Shown piece after piece: positions 47,697-57,222 of a stretch of DNA of 64,000 bases (its first letter is position 1; each line of letters starts with the position of its first letter). The notes beneath the pieces are model-generated. The model had not been told where the DNA came from. It did no database searches and saw only the letters and a program-made list of their open reading frames with translations. Source of the stretch: a virus; IMG/VR virus record IMGVR_UViG_3300006928_000001, positions 1-64,000 of that record, one strand, 5' to 3'. The position numbers and the translations under genes are program-made.

Positions 47697-47881
47697 AGCT
47701 TAATCACGTTCCCGTGTTCGTCGGTGATGACTTCAACTGTTTCAGACGATTGAAACACAGATGCCATACTGACAACCCAGGTCCCCAAAGCTATCACGAG
47801 ACATAGTGTAGACGCTGCCTCGTGTGTGGGCGCCAAGTAACCAGTCAACACTACCAGTGATACAGGAAACAAGTGATGCAT
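47693..47881 (-). CDS. Small two-TM membrane protein
   Basis: MHHLFPV start, GGAGG SD, two hydrophobic stretches. Confidence 0.55.
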   Translation of the reverse strand: MHHLFPVSLVVLTGYLAPTHEAASTLCLVIALGTWVVSMASVFQSSETVEVITDEHGNVIKL

Positions 47882-47882
47882 T

Positions 47883-48137
47883 TTATCCTCCACAAACAAG
47901 AGCTTCACCAAGAGCGTCAGACACATCGGTGTCGACTGCACCCTGAAGCTCCATAATCGGAATCCAGCGCCAGTCATCTGGCGGAGTCCCTGTAGAGTGC
48001 TGAATGACACGAACCGTGTTATAATCGAATGACTCGATCACACTCGTGAACGACTCAACCTCTTCCACGGTAGGAATAGGGTCAGTAGTAGATGGCTTCG
48101 CCAGAACCTTCGTTCCACGAATTACGATGGCAAGCAT
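47883..48137 (-). CDS. Hypothetical protein
   Basis: 84 aa, GGGAG SD, TGGTATAAG upstream. Confidence 0.65.
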   Translation of the reverse strand: MLAIVIRGTKVLAKPSTTDPIPTVEEVESFTSVIESFDYNTVRVIQHSTGTPPDDWRWIPIMELQGAVDTDVSDALGEALVCGG

Positions 48138-48217
48138 TCTTGCTCCCTTAAGGTTTACAAGATACTTATACCACTGCCCTTAAGTGAGGACCATTCCGCA
48201 GAATCGTTTGTCTGCGC

Positions 48218-48703
48218 TTAGCCCCACATCCACTCAGACGTAAAATCGTTTTGCGGACATTCGATTTCATCAATCTGCGGAAATGGTGACTGTCCGTGCT
48301 TCACACGTTGAACAGCGACTTCAAATGTATTTCGCCCAATTGGCTTAAACGTCAGGCCGCCACCAACTCTGGTTTCTGCAGCGCGTCGTTTGTCGCGACT
48401 AGTAGCCCATCCGGTCATCAACCCAATTTTCGTCTTTGGGGAGTGCTCACGAATAGCCTCTCCTAGACCAACACCAACAGGACCACCATTCAACCGTACG
48501 TCGATTATAACGATGTTAGGTTGCCACTGCTCTGCTGTGTCTAGGGCTTCTCTTTTTGAAGTTACGCCACGTACACTCGCACCCAATCCTCGCATATGAT
48601 TCATATACGATTTTAGTGCAATGACGTTATCTTCGACGATAAGAACTCTTAGCTCTTCATTTGGGTCTGGTGGGTCTGGCCAAATATTGGTTCCTGGCAT
48701 CAT
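48218..48703 (-). CDS. Single-domain response regulator (CheY-like receiver)
   Basis: VLIVEDN, IIDVRL (phospho-acceptor Asp), MTG, FKP. Confidence 0.88.
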   Translation of the reverse strand: MMPGTNIWPDPPDPNEELRVLIVEDNVIALKSYMNHMRGLGASVRGVTSKREALDTAEQWQPNIVIIDVRLNGGPVGVGLGEAIREHSPKTKIGLMTGWATSRDKRRAAETRVGGGLTFKPIGRNTFEVAVQRVKHGQSPFPQIDEIECPQNDFTSEWMWG

Positions 48704-49404
48704 GGGATTCCTTTAACACGCGTCTTGAGCGTGTTAGCTGCGGAGCTGATTACCCATCGTGTAAAAGCCGCTCTAGACGAGCGCACAGCAGAATCTTCGC
48801 TATCAGGGTCTTCGTCGTCATCCTCATTTGGCATGACCATCGACGCAGGTGCTGCGTGATGAACTGCTAGGTACACTAGCTTTCTATCGTCTTCGGCTCT
48901 CCATAGCGTTTCGATAGATGCACTCAGAACGTCAGATACTTGCCACTGATCACGTAGCTGACCAGGATTGACCTCTGACAGATCAAGGATGATAGACTTC
49001 TCGTCTTTTTCGATGAGATGAGAAAGCACAGAAGCTCTGTACGAATCTGTTACTTCTCGTCTACTCCAGTGGTTCTTAATTGGTTCAACTGCCCTAAGCG
49101 TGGCTTCTGAGACAATCGTTATGAACAGGTTAGATTTCGCTTCTCGTAGTGCGCCACCACCATTAGTAACGACTACGATAAACGCTCTTAGAGCAGCAGT
49201 TTCATTTACGATTCGTTGAAGCTGATTCTGAATGGCGAGCATATCACCACCACTAGCTTCTGCGTTAAGCTCTTCCTGCTTATACTTACGCCACCGTGCC
49301 CATAGCTCTCTAATCAACTGTCCAAATGCTACAGACGCAGTTGAGATAGCCGCTGCCACTTCTTTAGGGTGTGACTGAATGATTGCGTCAAACCAAGCAA
49401 GCAT
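48700..49404 (-). CDS. N-terminal TM + GAF-like domain protein (holin-like candidate)
   Basis: Hydrophobic N-terminal helix, then LQRIV.ET.ALRAFIVVVTNGG..ITIVSE GAF-like pattern. Confidence 0.5.
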   Translation of the reverse strand: MLAWFDAIIQSHPKEVAAAISTASVAFGQLIRELWARWRKYKQEELNAEASGGDMLAIQNQLQRIVNETAALRAFIVVVTNGGGALREAKSNLFITIVSEATLRAVEPIKNHWSRREVTDSYRASVLSHLIEKDEKSIILDLSEVNPGQLRDQWQVSDVLSASIETLWRAEDDRKLVYLAVHHAAPASMVMPNEDDDEDPDSEDSAVRSSRAAFTRWVISSAANTLKTRVKGIP

Positions 49405-50072
49405 TAGTCCATACCACCACGAATAAGTTCAAACGTCTTTTCACCACGATCAGACGCTTGAATGGAATTCATTTTGTGCTGAATCTCATTGAGAATCTGC
49501 TCACGGTCACTAGCCTTTTCTGACCAGAAGGCGCTAGCACGACCCTTAAGATTGAGGTCCGGCATCATCTCGGCTAGTGATTCTTCAACTGAGGTTAGTT
49601 CTCTACATGCATCGCGTAGAGCTGTAGAGAACTGCGTTTTTCCGCTTTCACACTTTTCTAGTTCCGTCATTACGTATGCCGAAAGAGCTTCCCAGCGTTC
49701 CATAACCATGCGAATCTTAGTAGAATGGAACTCGATACCAAGAATAGCCCACACCTGAGCTTCAGCTTCAAGCAAAGCATCTCGACGAATCGCTGACCGT
49801 TTGGACTGAAAGATGGCACGCTTCTCTCTCCACCGCTCAGCGCGAGACCGTCTGCGTAGTTCACCTGGAACTGTGTGCTGCTCCATCTCTTCGAATTGGT
49901 CTGAATACATGCGGACAAGCTGCTGCATAGTCAATGGCACAGGACTGCAGATGAAAGCATCACCTGGGTCCTGGAAGACCAAGCGCAGATCTTCAATTGA
50001 ACCATTGCCATTTTGAAGACGATTGATCAGTGAAGTCTGACTCTCGTCAAGTCCGTCGTTGTCGTCTCGCAT
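49404..50072 (-). CDS. Helical protein, possible terminase small subunit
   Basis: LRRRSRAERWREKR HTH-end pattern followed by coiled helices. Confidence 0.4.
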   Translation of the reverse strand: MRDDNDGLDESQTSLINRLQNGNGSIEDLRLVFQDPGDAFICSPVPLTMQQLVRMYSDQFEEMEQHTVPGELRRRSRAERWREKRAIFQSKRSAIRRDALLEAEAQVWAILGIEFHSTKIRMVMERWEALSAYVMTELEKCESGKTQFSTALRDACRELTSVEESLAEMMPDLNLKGRASAFWSEKASDREQILNEIQHKMNSIQASDRGEKTFELIRGGMD

Positions 50073-50091
50073 CTTACCAAGATACCCCGAC

Positions 50092-50574
50092 TTATCCTGT
50101 GATTCCAGACCTGTGAGCTCGACTGTTTTCGATGTGACGCCAAGATACGTACCGTGCTAACTTAGCATCTTGTGGTGCTACATTTATTTGATTCTCGACA
50201 AAGATTCGATACGCATCGATAACATATTGACTGTTACCATCAATCTCTGGAGGTCGTAGCCCCATGATCCATTGTCTAGACATTTCTACGATTTCTTTTG
50301 TACGCTTATGGTGAGACCCTAGAGGTCTGAGATACCGTGCCATCCGTCTGTGCGCGTCAGACGGCGCGAAGGCTACATTATGCGCTCGTGGCCAATCAAT
50401 GAGAAACTTCCATATAGCTTCGTCATTGAGTATCATGCTAGCCAGTACTACTCGCCAACTATGCTCGTCTTCATCTTCGCCACCTACCATTTCCTGCGGT
50501 AGTAGAAGTGGGCTTTCAGGGTACCCTCGGTTCTCAACTTGGAGGAGCAAGTATTCAAACTCGTAGTCAATCAC
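50092..50574 (-). CDS. MBD4-like HhH-GPD DNA glycosylase domain
   Basis: SPLLLPQE, WRVVLASMILN, WKFL..WP, LRPLG, QYVIDAYRIF, PQDAKLARY..W track the MBD4 catalytic domain. Confidence 0.8.
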   Translation of the reverse strand: MIDYEFEYLLLQVENRGYPESPLLLPQEMVGGEDEDEHSWRVVLASMILNDEAIWKFLIDWPRAHNVAFAPSDAHRRMARYLRPLGSHHKRTKEIVEMSRQWIMGLRPPEIDGNSQYVIDAYRIFVENQINVAPQDAKLARYVSWRHIENSRAHRSGITG

Positions 50575-50698
50575 GTTTCTGACTCAGTACAGGAGTAGAT
50601 TCTAGTCGAGCGATTTCGTTGTTAATTTTACGCAGTTCCTCTTCAAGCTTACGTTTCTTTTGATGAAGAAGCATTAAACGTTGATTATGTTCATCCAC
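50567..50698 (-). CDS. 43-aa coiled-coil peptide
   Basis: GTG start overlapping the upstream stop; heptad-rich. Confidence 0.45.
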   Translation of the reverse strand: MDEHNQRLMLLHQKKRKLEEELRKINNEIARLESTPVLSQKRD

Positions 50699-52829
50699 CG
50701 ATGAGGAATGCATGGGCCTCTCCAATAATATCTTCGATAGCGATGTTCCCGACGAATGTATCACCAGTGGGGCTAGTACCACTAGTAGCATCTCGGTAGA
50801 ATCGAATCCACAACTTGTCTCCAGGCACGAACGATGAGATGTCGAGCTCGAACTCTGTACGCTGGAGCACGTCATCATCAGCGGGAACAATGGCTGTGAT
50901 CTCGGTGATCGTGTCGATGGCCACACCAGAACCATCGATTGTATCTCCGATTCGAGCTCGGCCATACTCGATGGACAGCGCAACGTTACCGGTGGCTGAC
51001 GCCCGGGGAAGCCAGTCGATCCGGAACCGAGCTTTAATTGCTGTGTTCACCCAATTTGGCATGATGACCTTGGCACCACGGGCGTCTACCTGACCATTGT
51101 TGTACGAGTTGTCGCCTGGAGAGAGCGATGTCGTCGAGCTATACGCGATGTTGTTGTTACCAGGGCTTGTCGATGTGTTGACTGTGTCGGCGAAACGGAT
51201 CAGAGTCCGCCACTGTTGGAGAAGCCCGTAGAGTTTGGCCCCCACCTGATCCGCGGCCAGACGGCTCGTGCCGATCTCGCATCGGCTGAACTCCATGGGA
51301 GTTGTGAACGTGGTGGCCGGTCGAACTGACAGCCAGTAGTACTCCTGACTGTTATGTGTATCAGCATCCCAGTCGTCAAAAGCCGTTGCATGGTGGTCTA
51401 GATGCTGTGCAACCCGCGTTGACGTATCGTCTTTGAATACATCGTTTCCGACTGGGTCGACGCCTCGAACCAGACTGGCGTCCATGACGTCGATCTCGTT
51501 CCAGCCGCTAGCACCGTCGGACAGTTCGATCACTACGTCTCCGGAACCTAGTGCCGTAGCCAGAGCGTACACCCAGTTCGTGAACTTGCCAAACTTGTAA
51601 CCAATGAGAATTCGGTCATTGGTGTCACCGGGATGCACTACGTTGGTACCATCACTGACGTTGGCTGTGACGTCGGTGTAGACACCAGAGCCTCCTCCAG
51701 CGCTGTCGTCGTACGAGAGGACCACCATGTTCTCGACGCCGGGTGCACCCTCGACAGCATAGAAGTTCTGCGGGTTTCTGGGTGCACCATGACTGAATCG
51801 ACCACCTGCGCGTGTAGTTGGCGGGTTTACCACACCTTCGTCGAAGTAGAATACCCGCAGATCGTCACCAAGACCGGACACGAACGAAGCTGGGACGTCG
51901 ATCTGCTCGCGCCGCATCTCCATGCTGGTGAGCGAAAGAATGGAGCCACTATACGCTGGGCCATCATCTGCTGTGAAGTCATTGGCCGTTCCGTGGAGAC
52001 GACCGCCGTTCATGACCATCGTGAATGGTCCGTCGCCGAAGTGAACCGCGTTGTTAATTCCACCACCACCATTCGGTGTGATGATTTTGACATCGACATA
52101 CGCTCCGGCAGAACCACTGTCGAACACAAAGACAGTGTCGGTGATCGTCATGGCAGGGCCACAGTCGATGGTACCTGGTCCTGTCACGTTTGCGTCTGTG
52201 TTGAGATTGATTCCCTTCGCCAAAGAGCCGTTGTTGAAGTTGATGCCTCCAGCGAGAACTCGCACGTTTCCGTCGTTCACCTCGATACCAGCCACAGCTG
52301 CCGAACCACTGTTGAACGACAATTGGTTGACAACCAAAGCATTGGTGTTCTCGGCTCTGACGCCTTCACCACCACCGGTGGGGACTTGGCAGACTACTCG
52401 AGTCAGAAACGAGTTCGCTCCCTGTGTTAGAATCGAAGGGGACGAACCGTCAGCACCACCATTGACACGAATGTCCTGGATGCTGCTGTTATTGTTCAGC
52501 GTGATTGTTGGGCCAGTACCATCACCTTCGATGACCGTGGCACTGATAAGTGTCGCGGCCATGATCTTGACACCAGCAGGTGTGTCGACACCAGACCCCA
52601 CGTTAAAAGTACTCGGCCCAAGTACGACCACGTCACCTGATGTTGCGTCTTGAAACGCTTCGGCAATCGTGTCGTAACTTTCCTGCGTAGTAGCCGTCAG
52701 AAGGTTTACACCAACAAACGAATTGATGTCGTCCAACGCGGCGTTGACTGCCGTGTACCATGCCCACTCAAGTTCTAGATGCTCAGCAACCAAATCAATG
52801 TCTGAATATGGACGTGCTGCGTCAATCAT
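50691..52829 (-). CDS. Beta-helix (pectin lyase-like) virion/receptor-binding protein
   Basis: YDTIAEA...A.SGDVVVLGP.TF beta-helix cap; G/N/T/D-rich; start MIDAA at 52829. Confidence 0.65.
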   Translation of the reverse strand: MIDAARPYSDIDLVAEHLELEWAWYTAVNAALDDINSFVGVNLLTATTQESYDTIAEAFQDATSGDVVVLGPSTFNVGSGVDTPAGVKIMAATLISATVIEGDGTGPTITLNNNSSIQDIRVNGGADGSSPSILTQGANSFLTRVVCQVPTGGGEGVRAENTNALVVNQLSFNSGSAAVAGIEVNDGNVRVLAGGINFNNGSLAKGINLNTDANVTGPGTIDCGPAMTITDTVFVFDSGSAGAYVDVKIITPNGGGGINNAVHFGDGPFTMVMNGGRLHGTANDFTADDGPAYSGSILSLTSMEMRREQIDVPASFVSGLGDDLRVFYFDEGVVNPPTTRAGGRFSHGAPRNPQNFYAVEGAPGVENMVVLSYDDSAGGGSGVYTDVTANVSDGTNVVHPGDTNDRILIGYKFGKFTNWVYALATALGSGDVVIELSDGASGWNEIDVMDASLVRGVDPVGNDVFKDDTSTRVAQHLDHHATAFDDWDADTHNSQEYYWLSVRPATTFTTPMEFSRCEIGTSRLAADQVGAKLYGLLQQWRTLIRFADTVNTSTSPGNNNIAYSSTTSLSPGDNSYNNGQVDARGAKVIMPNWVNTAIKARFRIDWLPRASATGNVALSIEYGRARIGDTIDGSGVAIDTITEITAIVPADDDVLQRTEFELDISSFVPGDKLWIRFYRDATSGTSPTGDTFVGNIAIEDIIGEAHAFLIGG

Positions 52830-52889
52830 TGTAGTAGCCTCGTGTGTTATATTGAGGCTACTACAGTTGTTCAATGAATACCAATCGAT

Positions 52890-53081
52890 TTAATCGTCTG
52901 TCACCGCAGCAGCCACAAGCATTACGAACGTGTGTAAGACCGCTACCATAACCAATACGACTGTTACAATCGTCATGACAATTGAGACTACTACCATTGC
53001 AGCTCGTATTATGAGGTCCATAGGATCAAACGTCCAAACGTCCAAGTCCGGTGGTTCGGAGTCATTCGAAGTCGTGGGCAT
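52890..53081 (-). CDS. Small hydrophobic membrane protein
   Basis: 63 aa with a ~35-residue hydrophobic stretch. Confidence 0.55.
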   Translation of the reverse strand: MPTTSNDSEPPDLDVWTFDPMDLIIRAAMVVVSIVMTIVTVVLVMVAVLHTFVMLVAAAVTDD

Positions 53082-53146
53082 GGCACCTTCGTGGCATCTA
53101 GGGTAGTTTACAATTGCCGAATTAGTTCGGGGCCCGAGCTTGGTGG

Positions 53147-53212
53147 GACGGGCCGTCGTGGGCTGTAGTAACTGGGTACCCCTTTCCCCGGCTGCTATGG
53201 CCCACGGCCGTC
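53147..53212 (+). ncRNA. Long hairpin with C-rich loop, folds best on the plus strand
   Basis: cgtgggctgtagtaactggg / cccggctgctatggcccacg with four G-U pairs, closed by gacgg/ccgtc; loop tacccctttc. Confidence 0.45.
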
Positions 53213-53732
53213 TACAGAGTGTTGTTCCTTAGTTCACGCCACATTCTAAGTACATGACGAGCATGCCGTAGAATTTGAACGTTGTCCAAATGAGCAATCC
53301 ACAATGACCAAGATTTATCGTACCTGACCGAGTGCTTGACAATTTCGTCTGGTGTCAAGTTCTTTGTACCAATTTGAGACATGACGTCTCGACCGCACAC
53401 GTGTGGGTTATTAGCGTATTGTGCCGTTGCCTTCATGACAGCTGCAACAGTAGCTTCAGACCCTTCCGGTGAAAGAAGTCTTTCTACCGCTTCGGTACGA
53501 ATCAGAATCTCACGCCTGAAATCTGCTTCGATCCGTGAAAGTTTGACGATCTGTTCTACATCTGGGAACTTGTCGCAGATATTTTCTGCTGCCTCTTGCC
53601 AGACCGCGTCTAGCCAATCTTCAAACTGACTTGGTGGCATGTCTCCACTGTACCTGTACCAAACCGCACGAAGCAGGTATGAGCAGCAGACTTCTTCTAC
53701 GTAATTTTCAAGTTGCTTGAGTGTGGACATCG

Positions 53733-54545
53733 TTAACACCCCATCCGAATTTCAGCCATTCGCTCTGCGTGATGCGCCGCTTCATCCGCAGCCATTTCAT
53801 TACGCCAGGTGAGCCATGCGTCGTACATCGGCTTGTCATCTGGATGAATAGCTGACTCTACCACAGCGATGTCATGGCCACCACCATTACAGCTGTAGCA
53901 GCGAACGTCGAAAACACCACTGAAGTAGTTATCGCGAAAGCCGGGGTCTTCATCGAACTCGCGAGACGAGATACCGCCAGCATCTACACTGGGGTTTACG
54001 TGAGTGCCCTTACCACCGCACGTCTCGCATGGAACACGCTTGACTGGCAGTACCATCTTGCGGAAAGGCCTGTACTCTCTGTCTTCCATGTCAGGGTCAG
54101 GCTTCTCTTCGTCTAGACGTACGAGAACTGAGGACTTTCCGTCGATGCACCACGAATCGTTACACTTTTCCTTACGAAAATTTTCGGGGCTCGTTTCAAA
54201 CTCGCTTTGATAATTAGCCCACATCGGGTCGGTGGGGGTTCCATCTGCACGGAGTGTAACGCCTTGCCACTCTTTATGCCGATACATAACCCTGTGACCT
54301 TTACACTTCTGACAAGGCTTGTCGATTGGTTGACGTTCCATGGAGATTACTGGCCGACCTCCAGCCTCGAAGTCTTCGGGGTCATAACCTGCGTCAGCCA
54401 GCAGCTGGTAGTCTGCAGTTGGGACCCTGACTACCGCTTCAGTAGGTCCCTTCTCGTTATCGAGGCCGATGTACCAAGCTTCCTTGCCAAGGGCAAGTAC
54501 CCGGCGGTCATTGTGGTAATTGACGTTCTCGAGTGTACTATGCAT
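53733..54545 (-). CDS. DnaJ-type zinc-finger (CxxCxGxG) protein
   Basis: CQKCKG, CETCGGKG, CYSCNGGG. Confidence 0.7.
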   Translation of the reverse strand: MHSTLENVNYHNDRRVLALGKEAWYIGLDNEKGPTEAVVRVPTADYQLLADAGYDPEDFEAGGRPVISMERQPIDKPCQKCKGHRVMYRHKEWQGVTLRADGTPTDPMWANYQSEFETSPENFRKEKCNDSWCIDGKSSVLVRLDEEKPDPDMEDREYRPFRKMVLPVKRVPCETCGGKGTHVNPSVDAGGISSREFDEDPGFRDNYFSGVFDVRCYSCNGGGHDIAVVESAIHPDDKPMYDAWLTWRNEMAADEAAHHAERMAEIRMGC

Positions 54546-55055
54546 TTGTAAGCTCCCAATCAGTGATTCTGATATCAGAACTACCACGGACAATCACACA
54601 ATCGTACAATCGTCCATTGATAGTCAGGTTTACGTTGAATTCTTCAATGAGTTTTGAGTCCTCGTCATAGGAACACCCCCAACTATCTTGAAAGAAGAAG
54701 TTCACTACTACATGAAGCTCTTCTTCCTGAATGCCTCTGTTGATGAGATGTTGAAGACGGGACAGGGCTGTGAGGTTATCCATTGATCTTCTCATCAACA
54801 TCTAGTTTGTCTGTGCGAAAACAGTTTTCACGAGTATATAGTTCAGGATTTTCAAGCCAATCGAGTACGTCATTTGACCAGTGCATCATCAGGTAAGTCG
54901 GATACCAAAGACGAGCATCTATTTCAGGGTGCTTCTCAAAAGCATCAAGCATGAGTGCTTGTGCTTGATGACCTCTAGTATCGATCTTGGCTTGTTCACA
55001 GTACTGCATGAATGTATGTACGATCTTCTTTAGCTGTTCTACAGTCATTGTAATC

Positions 55056-55472
55056 TCACTTCTGCTTTTCATCCTTAATCACGATGCCAGCAGCTCTAGC
55101 TGCAGCTTTTGCCATTGTTCGCATCGATTGTTCCATTTGAATTACACGGTTCTCCATTTTGTCGATGCCAATCTCTGGAGACCCGTCAAGATTGAAGTTT
55201 CTAACGTTGCGTTCTGCTTCAGACGCACAAATCCAATGACAAATTTCATGAAGCATGTCATCGGCATTCATCACAGGAAACTCATCTTCTCCACTATTAC
55301 GCCTATTAGGCTTCTTGATCATCCATTTACCAAATCCGTCGTAGTAGTAGTCATTACCGCCCCATTCAGACGTGACGTATTTGATGTTTTCTCGTTGGTA
55401 TGAAGGTTCCCATTCGATAGTGAAACCCATGGATACCCACAACTCCATGACGATCCAGCGGTACAGATTCAT
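55056..55472 (-). CDS. HExxH metal-binding protein
   Basis: MLHEICHWICA...R...F.L...E. Confidence 0.6.
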   Translation of the reverse strand: MNLYRWIVMELWVSMGFTIEWEPSYQRENIKYVTSEWGGNDYYYDGFGKWMIKKPNRRNSGEDEFPVMNADDMLHEICHWICASEAERNVRNFNLDGSPEIGIDKMENRVIQMEQSMRTMAKAAARAAGIVIKDEKQK

Positions 55473-56209
55473 TCCGGATACCCCACAGTAATGTAGTCAC
55501 GCAACTCAGTAAGCATATTAACCACAGTCTTATCATCCTCACTGGACTTATACGCCAGCTCAAGAGACTTGACTGCGTCAAGCAGATGAGACCTTGGATT
55601 CTCGGGTAGACCATCTTCAGGAATACCGGCTACAAATGCAAGTTCTTCGAAGGTTAGGTCAATTCCGTGGCTGCTGAAACTATCGTAGATGAAATCAGCC
55701 GGTGACCCTACACAGCAAATCATATCGGCGAGCTGGTACATGATCTCGTTATCTTTGAGACCAGTCCATCGATAGCCGATAGTCATGTCAATTGTATCGC
55801 CTCCACAGATACCAAGTGTATCAGCATGGATTTGAAGTCCAATCTCACAAAGCTCATTTGCCCGTTCTTCAGTGAGTTTAAACGGTCTGCCCTGTGGCAA
55901 GTCGTTGAACGCGCGTACCAAATCGATGATTGGTACGACACCGTTAATAGACATACGTCCCTCGATCTGAATCGTGTCGTCACCAGACACAATTGTAACA
56001 TTGGCTACAGACCGAGCGACTAGAATTGCGGACGGGTTGTTCGGGTCAGCAAAATCTAGTTCTTCAATGGTGATAGCCACAACATTTCCGTACTCAGCTT
56101 CCTCAAAGCTAAGCGTCAGACCAAACTCATCCATGAGGTCTGTAGCAGACATTCCGATGTAACGCGAGTGAAGGTTCATCGCGACAAAAGCATTGAGCAA
56201 AGGGTCCAT
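55469..56209 (-). CDS. Hypothetical acidic protein
   Basis: 246 aa, coupled. Confidence 0.7.
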   Translation of the reverse strand: MDPLLNAFVAMNLHSRYIGMSATDLMDEFGLTLSFEEAEYGNVVAITIEELDFADPNNPSAILVARSVANVTIVSGDDTIQIEGRMSINGVVPIIDLVRAFNDLPQGRPFKLTEERANELCEIGLQIHADTLGICGGDTIDMTIGYRWTGLKDNEIMYQLADMICCVGSPADFIYDSFSSHGIDLTFEELAFVAGIPEDGLPENPRSHLLDAVKSLELAYKSSEDDKTVVNMLTELRDYITVGYPE

Positions 56210-56799
56210 TAGTCAATGTCCTCTTCAAAAATCACGAAATCGGCTGGGTAACCTGGAAACGATTCGTACACCGTAATTCGCGTACTAGATTGAAACGCGT
56301 TGAAATCGTTGCTGTGTAGTAGTTGGATAACCTCGTCGTTACATGCTGGTGCCTCAATCGCGATGTCTGGTCCATCTTCGAAGTGTGAATCAGCTGGGAC
56401 TTCGAAGACGTGCTGTGTAGTGAAGGTGTACTCAACTAGGAGCCTTGCAGGAGGTGCGTTTTTTTCAGGAACTTCAAGTGTGCACTTGTTGGGGTGACCG
56501 TCTACCACATTGATGTTGTACGTAGTTGACATGCGGTTAAACGTAACCTGCCAACAATAATCTGTGAATGGGCTAATGCTTAATGTAAGTTCTGCGGACG
56601 TTACCGGCTTGGCTGGATCATTCGTGAGTAACTGTAGATGCGCGCTTGGGAACAGGTAATTAACAACGGTCTTGAAATCTTCGTCTGTATGTTCAAGACT
56701 AACCCACCATTTGTGTAGTTTGGCTAGATGATCTTTATCATCTTGATTGATTAGGTCATCAAACATTTCGATTAGCTTGAGCTTGTCCATACTACTCAT
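56209..56799 (-). CDS. Hypothetical protein
   Basis: 196 aa, coupled. Confidence 0.7.
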   Translation of the reverse strand: MSSMDKLKLIEMFDDLINQDDKDHLAKLHKWWVSLEHTDEDFKTVVNYLFPSAHLQLLTNDPAKPVTSAELTLSISPFTDYCWQVTFNRMSTTYNINVVDGHPNKCTLEVPEKNAPPARLLVEYTFTTQHVFEVPADSHFEDGPDIAIEAPACNDEVIQLLHSNDFNAFQSSTRITVYESFPGYPADFVIFEEDID

Positions 56800-57222
56800 T
56801 GAGTCACTTCCTTCTGTGAAGTCAAGAACTTCATGATGGCATCGTACTCAAGCTCTGAGATAACGCCATCATCGTAATTATTCATCGTCAATTCTTCGAG
56901 AAGAGTTAAGACGTCAATTTCCATACGTCACACCTTCCAAGAGGTTTCCGTCCTCATCATACTCTGCATCATCATTGACTGGTTCATCAAGGCTAGAGGT
57001 GAGTCGATGCTCAGCAAACGAAATCACGGCCAGTGCTGCTCCATACTCTTCGCTCGTCAAGTACCCGTTTTCTAGGTCAGAACCCAACGCTGACTGAAGT
57101 ACGAAGATTGCCTCAGCCCATGTCTTTCTGTTCTTCATGTTGGCCATCCTCAGCATGCACCTTATGCATGGACACCCACTTGTCAGAATTGACGAGTGGG
57201 TGTTTCGGCCTTTAAGTGAACT

